Program-made: the position numbers and the translations under genes | Shown here: positions 11,892-19,802 of the stretch, piece by piece | Layout: each line of letters opens with the position of its first letter | Numbering within the stretch: the first letter of the stretch is position 1 | The notes under the pieces: model-generated | Told to the model about the DNA's origin: nothing | Database searches by the model: none | What the model saw: only the letters and a program-made list of their open reading frames with translations | Assembly (NCBI RefSeq): GCF_041262755.1 | Contig: NZ_CP158446.1 | Source of the DNA: Escherichia coli | Lineage (GTDB): Bacteria; Pseudomonadota; Gammaproteobacteria; Enterobacterales; Enterobacteriaceae | Direction: 5' to 3' (one strand) | Length of the DNA: 32,000 nucleotides

Positions 11892-12227
11892 TTATCGGGC
11901 CAGCGGCTGAACGGATACGCCAGAACCCGCAAAGGCGGCGCATTTTTTCGCATCGGTGTCGACGCTCTCAGGCCAGTTAACGGCGGCAATATTGAATATC
12001 CCCGTCTTGTAACACTGTGCTGATTTCTGCTTTGACGTGTCCACAGGGTACGAGGTCAGATAAACAGCCTTGCCAGATTCCTTACCATCCCACGGCTTAA
12101 ACTCGCCATTGTCCGCCAGCATCAGCGGGGTAAATTCCTGAATAACGCCAGCATCAGCGGCAAAATGTACCAGCGTCGTGGCGACCTGCTGACTGCCTGC
12201 AAATAACTCAATGTATGGAGTGTCCAT
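11892..12227 (-). CDS. Head decoration protein (lambda gpD-like)
   Basis: 111 aa; FTPLMLADNGEFKPWDG..., YKTGIFNIAAVNWPESVDTDAKKCAAFAGSGVSV aligns with gpD. Confidence 0.85.
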   Translation of the reverse strand: MDTPYIELFAGSQQVATTLVHFAADAGVIQEFTPLMLADNGEFKPWDGKESGKAVYLTSYPVDTSKQKSAQCYKTGIFNIAAVNWPESVDTDAKKCAAFAGSGVSVQPLAR

Positions 12228-12238
12228 AGAATCCCCCG

Positions 12239-13294
12239 TTAAGCAATTTTGACAGTAACAAATTTGCGAATATCTGCCGGAACCGGCTGCGGTGCGCTGT
12301 GCGTCTGCACGTACTCAATCGCCGGATCTCCGTCCTCAATCCAGTTTTTCGGGTAAAACATGTTTTGTGTTGCGCCCGTTCTTACCGCTTCCTGATCCAT
12401 TATCGCACCATAGGCCACCAGCCCTTTATTGTTGGTGTTACCTAGGACCAGCAAATCAGGCTCAAGGAAATATTTTTCGGTACCATCGCTGTCAGTGTAT
12501 TTGCCGGAATAGACGATAAGGGCCAGATCACCAAGATAGCCTTTAAAGCTCACCACTTCGCCCAGGTTTTTACAGGCCAGTTCGGCGGCGGATTCTGAAC
12601 CACGGGAAAGATCGTACAGCTCACGGAATTTTTTAAAGCTGCGTAACGTTCGCCATACCTCAGCGCCCATAATCATGACGTTTGCGGGGCAACCAGCCTG
12701 ATCGGCGTATAGTTCGATATCATAGATTGGATAGTGGGTTTCTTTGTCCTGCTCTGACCATTTTTTCCCGTCGGCCTGCTCTATGATGTTTTTTTCCGGT
12801 ATCTTCCAGTCGATTTCATAGCGCTCTATGCCTTCGCCCTCAATGATGTTTTTTCCGGTCGTTACCGCATTTACCGCCAGCCATTCCACGCGCGCTTTTA
12901 TGGCGTTTATCTGGCGGCGCATATTGCCAGTAATCAGGCGCATACGGCGATAGGTAGGGTCGTTAAGCTGTGCCGGATCTTCTCCAGCCATGCGCATGAT
13001 GGTTTTCGTTGGATCGATTTCGTGCTTTGGCTTCATGTAGCCAGGTTTAATCGTGCTGGTTTCGTACCCTTTATCGCGCTGAACCTGGCTACCCACCATA
13101 GGCGAACAAAACGCCGACATGGTGACTTCTTCAATGTCCAGGGTATCCAGCATGATGTTTTGCGTGCTGAATGTCGCCACGTTCGGGAAAAACAGCGTGG
13201 TAAACAGCGGACTGAATTTAAATTCCGCAATATCCCCGCGATTCAGGTACGCAAAAAGCTGGTTAGTGTTAAGTGCCATTGCTTTTACTGTCAT
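12239..13294 (-). CDS. Major capsid protein (lambda gpE-like)
   Basis: 351 aa; PGYMKPKHEIDPTKTIMRMAGEDPAQLNDPTYRR, YPKNWIEDGDPAIEY parallel gpE. Confidence 0.93.
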   Translation of the reverse strand: MTVKAMALNTNQLFAYLNRGDIAEFKFSPLFTTLFFPNVATFSTQNIMLDTLDIEEVTMSAFCSPMVGSQVQRDKGYETSTIKPGYMKPKHEIDPTKTIMRMAGEDPAQLNDPTYRRMRLITGNMRRQINAIKARVEWLAVNAVTTGKNIIEGEGIERYEIDWKIPEKNIIEQADGKKWSEQDKETHYPIYDIELYADQAGCPANVMIMGAEVWRTLRSFKKFRELYDLSRGSESAAELACKNLGEVVSFKGYLGDLALIVYSGKYTDSDGTEKYFLEPDLLVLGNTNNKGLVAYGAIMDQEAVRTGATQNMFYPKNWIEDGDPAIEYVQTHSAPQPVPADIRKFVTVKIA

Positions 13295-13500
13295 TATTCA
13301 CCCCCGTGAACCTGATTCATACCCTGCGCCGCGCGTAAATAGGCGCGTACCTGCCAGCCTGTTGACGGCTCAACCATCGCCAGCGGATCAAGTCCTGCCG
13401 CAATGCCTGCTTTTACGTTCTGCTGGTGGCGTTCCTTGAGCGCCTTCACGATGTCGGGGCTTATGTACACCGAAACACCGCCTTTTTTCTCTTCAGCCAT
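13294..13500 (-). CDS. Small hypothetical protein upstream of and overlapping the capsid gene start
   Basis: 68 aa; shares the 13294 boundary with the capsid ORF, suggesting translational coupling. Confidence 0.6.
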   Translation of the reverse strand: MAEEKKGGVSVYISPDIVKALKERHQQNVKAGIAAGLDPLAMVEPSTGWQVRAYLRAAQGMNQVHGGE

Positions 13501-13661
13501 AGTAAGAAATTCCTCTTTGACTTAAAAAATCATAACTGGATGTTCATCCAGTTATGATTATAATCATGATTGCATTTTGAGCAATGATATTGAGTTGCGT
13601 TGCAAATTATGAAATGTTTATCCCGATCATGTGTGTCAGTGCACCAAAAAACCTCATATGC

Positions 13662-13700
13662 AAAAGCCCGATAAGCCACCTCTGACCTTATCGGGCTTTT
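13662..13700. terminator. Bidirectional terminator hairpin
   Basis: AAAAGCCCGATAAG / CTTATCGGGCTTTT 14-bp perfect stem followed by a T run. Confidence 0.8.
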
Positions 13701-13754
13701 TTTGGGCGCAAAAAAGCCGGATTGCTCCGGCTGTGTGGTGTGGTTCTGGTATTC

Positions 13755-14003
13755 CTACTCTGCTAATTTGCTCAGCCCCATGTCTGCGTAAGTGCGATTT
13801 ACTGCATTTCTCAGGTCTGCATAGTTCTCCGTTGGCGGCTCCGGTGGCCTCTGTGCCTTCCTGGAACATTCCAGCCGTCGCATCGTAACCTGATGCCGTT
13901 CCTTGTCTGTCTCCACCAGTTGCATGACTTCACCCCATCGTGCCGCCGCCCTCCGGTAAAAGCCTTTTGCCTCGAGTTCCTCCGCTATGCGGTCATGTAC
14001 CAT
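13755..14003 (-). CDS. PerC-family transcriptional regulator
   Basis: MVHDRIAEELEAKGFYRRAAARWGEVMQLVETDKER... PerC-like; start at 14003 preceded by GGGGGTGAGG. Confidence 0.75.
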   Translation of the reverse strand: MVHDRIAEELEAKGFYRRAAARWGEVMQLVETDKERHQVTMRRLECSRKAQRPPEPPTENYADLRNAVNRTYADMGLSKLAE

Positions 14004-14013
14004 CCTCACCCCC

Positions 14014-14424
14014 TCAGAACGGAATATCATCACCGTAAGGGTCATCGCCTCCCGCTGGTGGCTGATTACCCTGTGTGCCTGTGGTTTTGCGTCTGTTCCC
14101 GCCAGGACGTGCCGCACGGGCACTGATTACGCTGTCTGCAATAACCTGATAACCCTGCCGCGTTTCCCCGTTCTGTCCGGTCCACTGGCTGACCTGCATC
14201 GTGCCGGATACGCTGGCAACGTCGCCTTTTTGATGTTTAGCCAGGAAGTCGGCCTGCTTACCAAATGCCATCACCGATAGCCATAACGTAGCCTGCCCAT
14301 CCTGCGCCTGACTACATGGCAACGATACCGCCATACGTGCCAGCGTCATTGGTGTGCCCTTGCTGGTCTGTTTTACCTGCGGGTCGTCCACCAGCCGCCC
14401 GTAAGCTGCTATCTGTGCTGTCAT
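14014..14424 (-). CDS. ssb: Single-stranded DNA-binding protein (phage/satellite type)
   Basis: OB-fold SSB with acidic C-terminus ...GGDDPYGDDIPF. Confidence 0.9.
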   Translation of the reverse strand: MTAQIAAYGRLVDDPQVKQTSKGTPMTLARMAVSLPCSQAQDGQATLWLSVMAFGKQADFLAKHQKGDVASVSGTMQVSQWTGQNGETRQGYQVIADSVISARAARPGGNRRKTTGTQGNQPPAGGDDPYGDDIPF

Positions 14425-14678
14425 GATTCCACCTCTCCGGTTTTAACGTTGATGGTTGTTACCTGTTCCGCTTCGGCAATCTCCCATTCTGTCAGCGTGG
14501 CAAAGTTTGCCGCCGCTGTGGTCATGAATGCGCTTATCAGGTCGGGATGTGCTTTCGCGTATCCTTCCCCCGTGTTGCGGTCGATGATTTTTATCGCCAC
14601 TCTCAGCCAGTGCTCTGTAAGGTCAATGGCGCGGTTATGCTGCTTCTTCTGATTATTAAGTTTTCCTGATGTGCGCAT
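14421..14678 (-). CDS. Small hypothetical protein coupled to ssb
   Basis: 85 aa, overlaps the ssb start by 4 nt. Confidence 0.65.
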   Translation of the reverse strand: MRTSGKLNNQKKQHNRAIDLTEHWLRVAIKIIDRNTGEGYAKAHPDLISAFMTTAAANFATLTEWEIAEAEQVTTINVKTGEVES

Positions 14679-14728
14679 TTTTATTTTTACCCCCTCGTTT
14701 AAAAAGTTTTGAGTTGTGCCTCCCCTTG

Positions 14729-14950
14729 TCTACCTTATCTACCTTACTGGCCACCATGCCAGTAATGGCGCGGCTTTCAGTGGGGTAGAGTGCTTTTATC
14801 CACTATCTACCCCGTATCTACCTCCCTGTCTGATTCAGGTAAAATCAGGTAGAGAGGGTAGATAGTAGGTAGACAGTAAAAAAAGGCTGTCTACCCAAGT
14901 TAATGTACTGAATTAAATGTATTTTTCTTTACTCAGGTAGACAGGGTAGA
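14729..14950. repeat. Iteron-like array: 11 copies of GGTAGA/TCTACC, putative replication origin
   Basis: TCTACC starts at 14729, 14738, 14806, 14817, 14890; GGTAGA starts at 14784, 14848, 14857, 14868, 14936, 14945. Noncoding gap between the primase stop and the 14678 gene. Confidence 0.75.
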
Positions 14951-14966
14951 CAGCCATTGCAACAAA

Positions 14967-16721
14967 TTATAAAAACGCGTCGCAATCGTCTGTTGTTATT
15001 GCGTTAGTCTGCGTTACTCCTTTAACTTTCCGCGTAATATATTCATGTCCGTAAACTTTCGCGGCTGGCTTCATAGCCTTGCCAAAGTCATTTACGTTTA
15101 GCGGTTTGCTCCTGCCTGCGTACGCCATAAACGCCAGATAGACGCGGTAAAGGCTGTTTCTGGTCGTGTACTTCACTGAATCGCCACCGCCGCCCATCAT
15201 CAGGCCGCGTGCTTCCTCCAGAAAATTCAGGAACTGGCAAAACTCAATAACCGGATCCGTCTGTTGCTTTATTGCCAGTGCTTCATCACCGTCACGCTGT
15301 TCAATGAGTAAAGCCCGTGCCTTTTCAGGGTCGGCAAAGTTCGCCAGCAAGCGGCGGATAATGACAGGGATTTCAGCCGCGATCTTTTCCGGTAGCTCCC
15401 TGTCTTTTTCTGCCTCGCTTACGATGTTATCGAACCGGAATATCACCCGACGACGTGCCACACCTCCGGCCCGTTCGGTGAATATCATCGGATTGTTATT
15501 GGTTGCCAGCACCACCGCCCTGATTACCGCCGTAAAACGCTTTTCATATTTCGGGTTAATTTCCACGGGGTCGCCGCCCGTGATTTTCTTGATGCCCGTT
15601 CCTTCGCCTGTATATTTCGGCTGGTCTGCCAGGACGATAAGACGACTCCCGACAACCTGCGCACGCCCACCAGCATCATCAAGCGATGTCATTTCAGCGC
15701 TTACCGTGTTTTGTTTCCCTGCCAGAAGGCTGGCTATGTGTGTGAATGTACTTTTACCGCTCCCGCCGTCTCCGGTGGCCTCAATAAACATCTGCCAGTC
15801 GTACCGGTTCGCCATAATCATGTACAGCGCGGCACATATACGCATCATCTTGCGCGGGTCTTTTCCGGCTGCGTGCTCAAGCCATTTATGAAAGTTTGGC
15901 GCGTTATCGCGGATGTTCTCCCCGGGTGCTGGTGGCGTGTACTCAATGCCGTTGTGCGTGGTGATCCAGTTCTCCGGCGTGTGCGGGGAAAATTCCCCCG
16001 TTTTCAGGTCAAGCGCACCATTGGCGAACGGCAGCAAATCGCCGGACGGCTCGCCCATTGGTTCGGCAATAACTTTTAACGCTTCCACGGCGTTATTGAT
16101 TACGCGCTTGCTGAAAGTGGCCCTGTGCTCTGAATAGATCGCCACCATTTCGCGGCTCAGCTCCATTGTGCTGACCGGACACCATACCCCGCCGCGCCAT
16201 ACGTGAACGATTTCACTTTCAGGATGTACGCAAACGCCATCAAAGCGATCGGCAAGCAGCTGCGCGCGCTCACTGTCCGCCATCTGCGAAAGTTGCGCCT
16301 TTTGCTTTACCGGAAGCTCAATGACCAGACCATCAGAAAGATTCTGGCGCTCACGGGCCAGATATTCGCGCCAGTTCTCCACCTTCTGACCGTGCATACC
16401 ATCAGGGTAAAAATTTGCATCCTGTACGCCTGCCGCCGCCAGCTTCTGACCAATCGCCTTTATCATTACTGGCGCAAGATATCCGGCCCTGAATATGCGC
16501 ACGGATTTTCTGCCTTCCGGCACAATTTGCAGCTTATCCAGTTCGGATAACTGCTGCTCCCCAAGCCACACAGGAGGCTCATTATCTCCGGCCATACGCG
16601 CGTCATGTTCCTGCCATTGTTTTGCGTGTGACCAGGCATCACTACCCGCAAAAATAATGACTTCTGTTTCTTTGTGTTTTATGCCGCGTGACTGCTGTTT
16701 TACGTTCGGTGCCAGTTTCAT
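14967..16721 (-). CDS. Primase/helicase, D5/P4-alpha-type (SF3 helicase domain)
   Basis: 584 aa; Walker A GDGGSGKSTF, ...VVLATNNNPMIF..., ...GGVARRRVIFRF. Confidence 0.88.
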   Translation of the reverse strand: MKLAPNVKQQSRGIKHKETEVIIFAGSDAWSHAKQWQEHDARMAGDNEPPVWLGEQQLSELDKLQIVPEGRKSVRIFRAGYLAPVMIKAIGQKLAAAGVQDANFYPDGMHGQKVENWREYLARERQNLSDGLVIELPVKQKAQLSQMADSERAQLLADRFDGVCVHPESEIVHVWRGGVWCPVSTMELSREMVAIYSEHRATFSKRVINNAVEALKVIAEPMGEPSGDLLPFANGALDLKTGEFSPHTPENWITTHNGIEYTPPAPGENIRDNAPNFHKWLEHAAGKDPRKMMRICAALYMIMANRYDWQMFIEATGDGGSGKSTFTHIASLLAGKQNTVSAEMTSLDDAGGRAQVVGSRLIVLADQPKYTGEGTGIKKITGGDPVEINPKYEKRFTAVIRAVVLATNNNPMIFTERAGGVARRRVIFRFDNIVSEAEKDRELPEKIAAEIPVIIRRLLANFADPEKARALLIEQRDGDEALAIKQQTDPVIEFCQFLNFLEEARGLMMGGGGDSVKYTTRNSLYRVYLAFMAYAGRSKPLNVNDFGKAMKPAAKVYGHEYITRKVKGVTQTNAITTDDCDAFL

Positions 16722-17017
16722 TTTTTACCCCTGAATCCGTTAATCATGGTTTTCAGCTTCTGGATGTTTGCCCGTGCCCTGGCGTTGCTGGTGGACACGT
16801 TATGCGGCGCGGTCTGTACCAGAGAAAAATCACGCCGGAACTGATAAACAGGCATCACGCAATCATATTCGTAACCTTCACGACGGTAGGTTACGCGCCG
16901 TTCCTCCACGCCCTTAATCATTACCGTGCCGCCGTACTTATCGCGGTAAATATCACCGCGCATGAATTTAGTGCGAGTTTTGCCACTGGCAGTTAAGCCA
17001 GAATATTTAAGTTTCAT
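16718..17017 (-). CDS. Hypothetical protein
   Basis: 99 aa, 4-nt overlap with the primase start. Confidence 0.65.
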   Translation of the reverse strand: MKLKYSGLTASGKTRTKFMRGDIYRDKYGGTVMIKGVEERRVTYRREGYEYDCVMPVYQFRRDFSLVQTAPHNVSTSNARARANIQKLKTMINGFRGKK

Positions 17018-17022
17018 TATTT

Positions 17023-17256
17023 TTATTCTCCGGTGTGGGGCGCTTTATACTGGTCGTGTAATGTCTCTATTTCCTGCAACTCATTTATTACAGGCTCAAG
17101 AAGCGTTATTAATGCCGTGACAATCCTTGATTTCTGTTTATCACGTTCATTATCTCCAAGCGTTTCAAGACATATGCGCAATATTTCCAACATATTTTCA
17201 CTGTGAGAAAGTGCAAGAAATGCGCGGTCTATTGTTTCGTGGTAAATATCACGCAT
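17023..17256 (-). CDS. Hypothetical protein
   Basis: 77 aa ORF, tightly packed in operon. Confidence 0.55.
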   Translation of the reverse strand: MRDIYHETIDRAFLALSHSENMLEILRICLETLGDNERDKQKSRIVTALITLLEPVINELQEIETLHDQYKAPHTGE

Positions 17257-17257
17257 A

Positions 17258-17527
17258 TTAATCCCCGTCCGTCGTTTTTCTTAAAATAACCTCTGTCACG
17301 AAATCAGCATAATCGGCGGCGATATTCAGTACATCAAGCCCCGTTGATTTATATTCTCTCGTGGAAAGTAAGAAAAAAGCCGCTCTAATAAGTTCTGGCA
17401 TTGACGAAAGCGCATCAGCCGCATCATCAGGAACGCCGGAAAATTCCTGTTTCAGGGAATTAAAACGATCATCACGCATAACCCCCCCCATTTTCACAAT
17501 CAGCAACAAGAATATTTTTAGCGTCAT
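17258..17527 (-). CDS. Hypothetical protein
   Basis: 89 aa ORF, tightly packed in operon; an internal start at MRDDRFNSLKQEF is possible. Confidence 0.5.
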   Translation of the reverse strand: MTLKIFLLLIVKMGGVMRDDRFNSLKQEFSGVPDDAADALSSMPELIRAAFFLLSTREYKSTGLDVLNIAADYADFVTEVILRKTTDGD

Positions 17528-17747
17528 TCAGCGACCGCGTTGCGATGTATCGGATACATTCCAGGGCGAACTGTGTCCGGTCTTTCTGTTCTTCTCCCTG
17601 CGCAAGCTCTGCCGTGCATTCAATATCAATAAGCGCGTGCATCAGCGTAGTGAGTGCGGCGGCGGCTGCGTCCGGTGTGGTTTTATTGCACATGTACCCC
17701 TCCGCATTTTTTTTCGTTAGAAATAAGCGTTCTTCTTTCCTGTTCAT
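17472..17747 (-). CDS. Hypothetical protein
   Basis: 91 aa; true start possibly at the internal MCNKTTPDAAAAAL. Confidence 0.55.
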   Translation of the reverse strand: MNRKEERLFLTKKNAEGYMCNKTTPDAAAAALTTLMHALIDIECTAELAQGEEQKDRTQFALECIRYIATRSLNDAKNILVADCENGGGYA

Positions 17748-17913
17748 CGCTCAGGAATACGCAGACCTCACCGCTAAGGCGTTTAAGTAAGCCGATGATT
17801 GCCCCTGATTCGCTGTCGGTCATCATGCCAGGGTAATCCTCTGCCAGTGCGCAAATAACTTCGATTTGGTGGGCGCGTTCTGCTGCCTGTTGTAGTGTGA
17901 TTTCCTGGCTCAT
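17683..17913 (-). CDS. Hypothetical protein
   Basis: 76 aa, overlaps the end of the Icd-like gene by 4 nt. Confidence 0.6.
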   Translation of the reverse strand: MSQEITLQQAAERAHQIEVICALAEDYPGMMTDSESGAIIGLLKRLSGEVCVFLSDEQERRTLISNEKKCGGVHVQ

Positions 17914-18110
17914 AAGCCTACCCCCTGACGAATACGGGCAGCAAATACCATCACGCAGCCAGCCGGAGATTGCTGGCGTGCTTCCTGTTCGCTGGTGGCC
18001 TCAATGGTAATCACGCGCGGTTGTGCCGTGCTCAGGGCGATAAAACGCCAGATGTATTTATTCAGGTTGTGCGAGTCCCGCCCTTGCGGGTGTGTGGTAT
18101 GATTTAACAT
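17910..18110 (-). CDS. Host cell division inhibitor Icd-like protein
   Basis: MLNHTTHPQGRDSHNLNKYIWRFIALSTAQPRVITIEATSEQEARQQSPAGCVMVFAARIRQ, a typical P4/prophage Icd-like family sequence; 66 aa with start at 18110. Confidence 0.75.
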   Translation of the reverse strand: MLNHTTHPQGRDSHNLNKYIWRFIALSTAQPRVITIEATSEQEARQQSPAGCVMVFAARIRQGVGL

Positions 18111-18191
18111 AGCTACCTCGATACTTTCGCTATCGTTGGTGGTTAGAAGCCCTGCGAGTGGTAACGACACTTGCGGGGCTTTGCATTTATG

Positions 18192-18243
18192 CACCTTGAT
18201 AATCTCAAGGTGTGGCCCACTATATGCTTTAGGTGTGGCCCAC
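18192..18243. promoter_or_regulatory. Operator-like repeats in divergent intergenic region
   Basis: Inverted repeat CACCTTGA-taatc-TCAAGGTG (18192-18212) plus 13-bp direct repeat AGGTGTGGCCCAC at 18208-18220 and 18231-18243 (23-bp period). Confidence 0.6.
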
Positions 18244-18309
18244 GTCAAGGGTTTTATTTGTGCTTTTTCTGTGTATACTGTCCCCCACCAATCCAACAGA
18301 GGAATAGAA

Positions 18310-18489
18310 ATGGCAACGGGTACAACAAACGCAAAATCACAAGCTCTAAAGGCTCGTGTACCACACGAAATAGTAAACGCCATGGAATCAGTGAAAGAAT
18401 CAGGCGAAAGCACATCACAATTCATCATTGCGTCAATGCAAGGCGAGATCAAACGCCGCCAGCGCCGCAAGGCCAAAGAGCAGGAGTAA
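18310..18489 (+). CDS. YlcI/YnfO family small protein
   Basis: MATGTTNAKSQALKARVPHEIVNAMESVKESGESTSQFIIASMQGEIKRRQRRKAKEQE. Confidence 0.75.
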   Translation: MATGTTNAKSQALKARVPHEIVNAMESVKESGESTSQFIIASMQGEIKRRQRRKAKEQE

Positions 18490-18531
18490 CCATCACCAGC
18501 GCCGTGGTGTGAGTAACTACGGCGCATTGCT

Positions 18532-18720
18532 ATGCAGGACAACACAATGACCGATAAAGAATTGACCAAAACATTATCACCGGCACGGAAAAGACGGCGC
18601 AGAAAGATAGAGCATGAATCAGAAAGATTCGCGCCATGTGCTTTTGCCCTTGAGCAATTCCTTAAAGAGTACAGGGAAAAGCGCTCATTGCAGGTATGGC
18701 AACGAACTGAACCTGACTGA
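18532..18720 (+). CDS. Small basic hypothetical protein
   Basis: 62 aa (start 18532 or 18547), follows the YlcI/YnfO-like gene on the + strand. Confidence 0.5.
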   Translation: MQDNTMTDKELTKTLSPARKRRRRKIEHESERFAPCAFALEQFLKEYREKRSLQVWQRTEPD

Positions 18721-18801
18721 TTGCATTGCCCACCAGCCGCAAATGTGGCATTGTTGGCAATGCTCATGCGTTGGGGATAACGTGTAGCTTGTGTCGAGGG
18801 G

Positions 18802-18829
18802 CCACCGTAGCGGGTGGCCTTTGTTTTGC
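18802..18829 (+). terminator. Hairpin GGCCACC-gtagcg-GGTGGCC followed by TTT
   Basis: Perfect 7-bp stem with a short T tract downstream of the + strand small genes; weak terminator or structured RNA. Confidence 0.45.
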
Positions 18830-19248
18830 CCGTTATTCGGCAATTGTGGCGCTTCTCCACATGGTTGATATAATCCCACTGCTCAGATTCATTTTTTGCG
18901 CAGTAGGTTAATTGTTCACAAAGGCGCTCCGGCAACGGGGCGCTTTTTGTTTTTATTAGTTTGTAGAAACCTGACTCAGAGATAATGCTCATATTCTGAT
19001 TGCCGTCAGGGGTGTAAGTTAAATTTACTCCCTTTTTATCATCAAACATCTGCAACGCTCTGGCGTTAACAATATTGGTTTCACTCCCGCCAGTAAGGCC
19101 GGAAATAACCGGAATAATTTCGGCAAAATTTTGCAGATTCTGTTTTTCAGGACGAACGAAGCCCCGCCCTTGTTCGGGAGAATATCCAGTATTCATGGTT
19201 AGATCTCTGTATTAGTGGATGGGTGGCGGCTGTGTGCCGCCAGCCTGA

Positions 19249-19437
19249 TTAGTGAACTGCCTCGCAGCTGTCCTTCCATGCCAGAACTTCGGATAAAGAC
19301 CAGCCAACGGAACGACCGCCCAGCTTACGCCGTGATGGGAATTGTCCGGCTTTTTCCAGGCGGTACCGACATGAGCGGCTCAGGCCTGTAAGTTGCTGAC
19401 ATTCTTTTTCACGTATAAAGCGATCTGTGCTTAACAC
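19249..19437 (-). CDS. AlpA-family DNA-binding protein / excisionase-like regulator
   Basis: MLSTDRFIREKECQQLTGLSRSCRYRLEKAGQFPSRRKLGGRSVGWSLSEVLAWKDS. Confidence 0.85.
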   Translation of the reverse strand: MLSTDRFIREKECQQLTGLSRSCRYRLEKAGQFPSRRKLGGRSVGWSLSEVLAWKDSCEAVH

Positions 19438-19715
19438 AATTCCCCCTTTGTTGTTTCTTAAAGAGTCATTGGGTGGATTATTGGGTTGGGTTGTGTCGGA
19501 TTGTGTCAGGGTGTTTGTGGAATGGCAAACACTGGCGGCGGTCGTTTTACAGAAGCAGGGGAAATGAGAATAAAAACTCTTTTAATTCATTATGATGCAA
19601 AGGCATAAAATTTTACTTTTACGCCTTTTTTACATATTTTTAAGAGTGATTCGCCAGTGTATAAAAAAACAGTACACCTATAAAAATCAAATGGTTATTA
19701 CGATGGCTGATTTTT

Positions 19716-19778
19716 AACCCGTTGTTCCATTTTGTTCCTTGTTGTTCGTCGTTGTGTCTCGTTGTTTCACGTTGTCCG
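19716..19778 (-). promoter_or_regulatory. Cluster of ACAAC / GGAACAA repeats, candidate integrase or AlpA arm-type sites
   Basis: - strand GGACAACGTGAAACAACGAGACACAACGACGAACAACAAGGAACAAAATGGAACAACGGG; shares ACAACGTGAAACAA with the right end (21098-21111) and 13/14 with the left end (9879-9892). Confidence 0.55.
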
Positions 19779-19802
19779 CATCCTGAAAAATCGCAAAAAA
19801 AA

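Noticed and set aside
13755-14123. Full 122 aa version of the PerC-like ORF
   Set aside because: The extension overlaps ssb; a strong RBS precedes the ATG at 14003, so the shorter form is preferred.
14729-14950. CRISPR-like array
   Set aside because: The repeats are 6-9 bp with irregular 9-40+ bp spacing and mixed orientation, with no cas genes; fits iterons, not CRISPR.
15166-16079. + strand ORFs of 241 and 122 aa
   Set aside because: Antisense to the primase/helicase gene, which has clear family motifs.
17910-19196. Single 428 aa - strand ORF
   Set aside because: The C-terminal 66 codons are the Icd-like gene with its own start at 18110. The middle is antisense to + strand small genes and looks non-coding. 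Only the ~110 N-terminal codons may be real.
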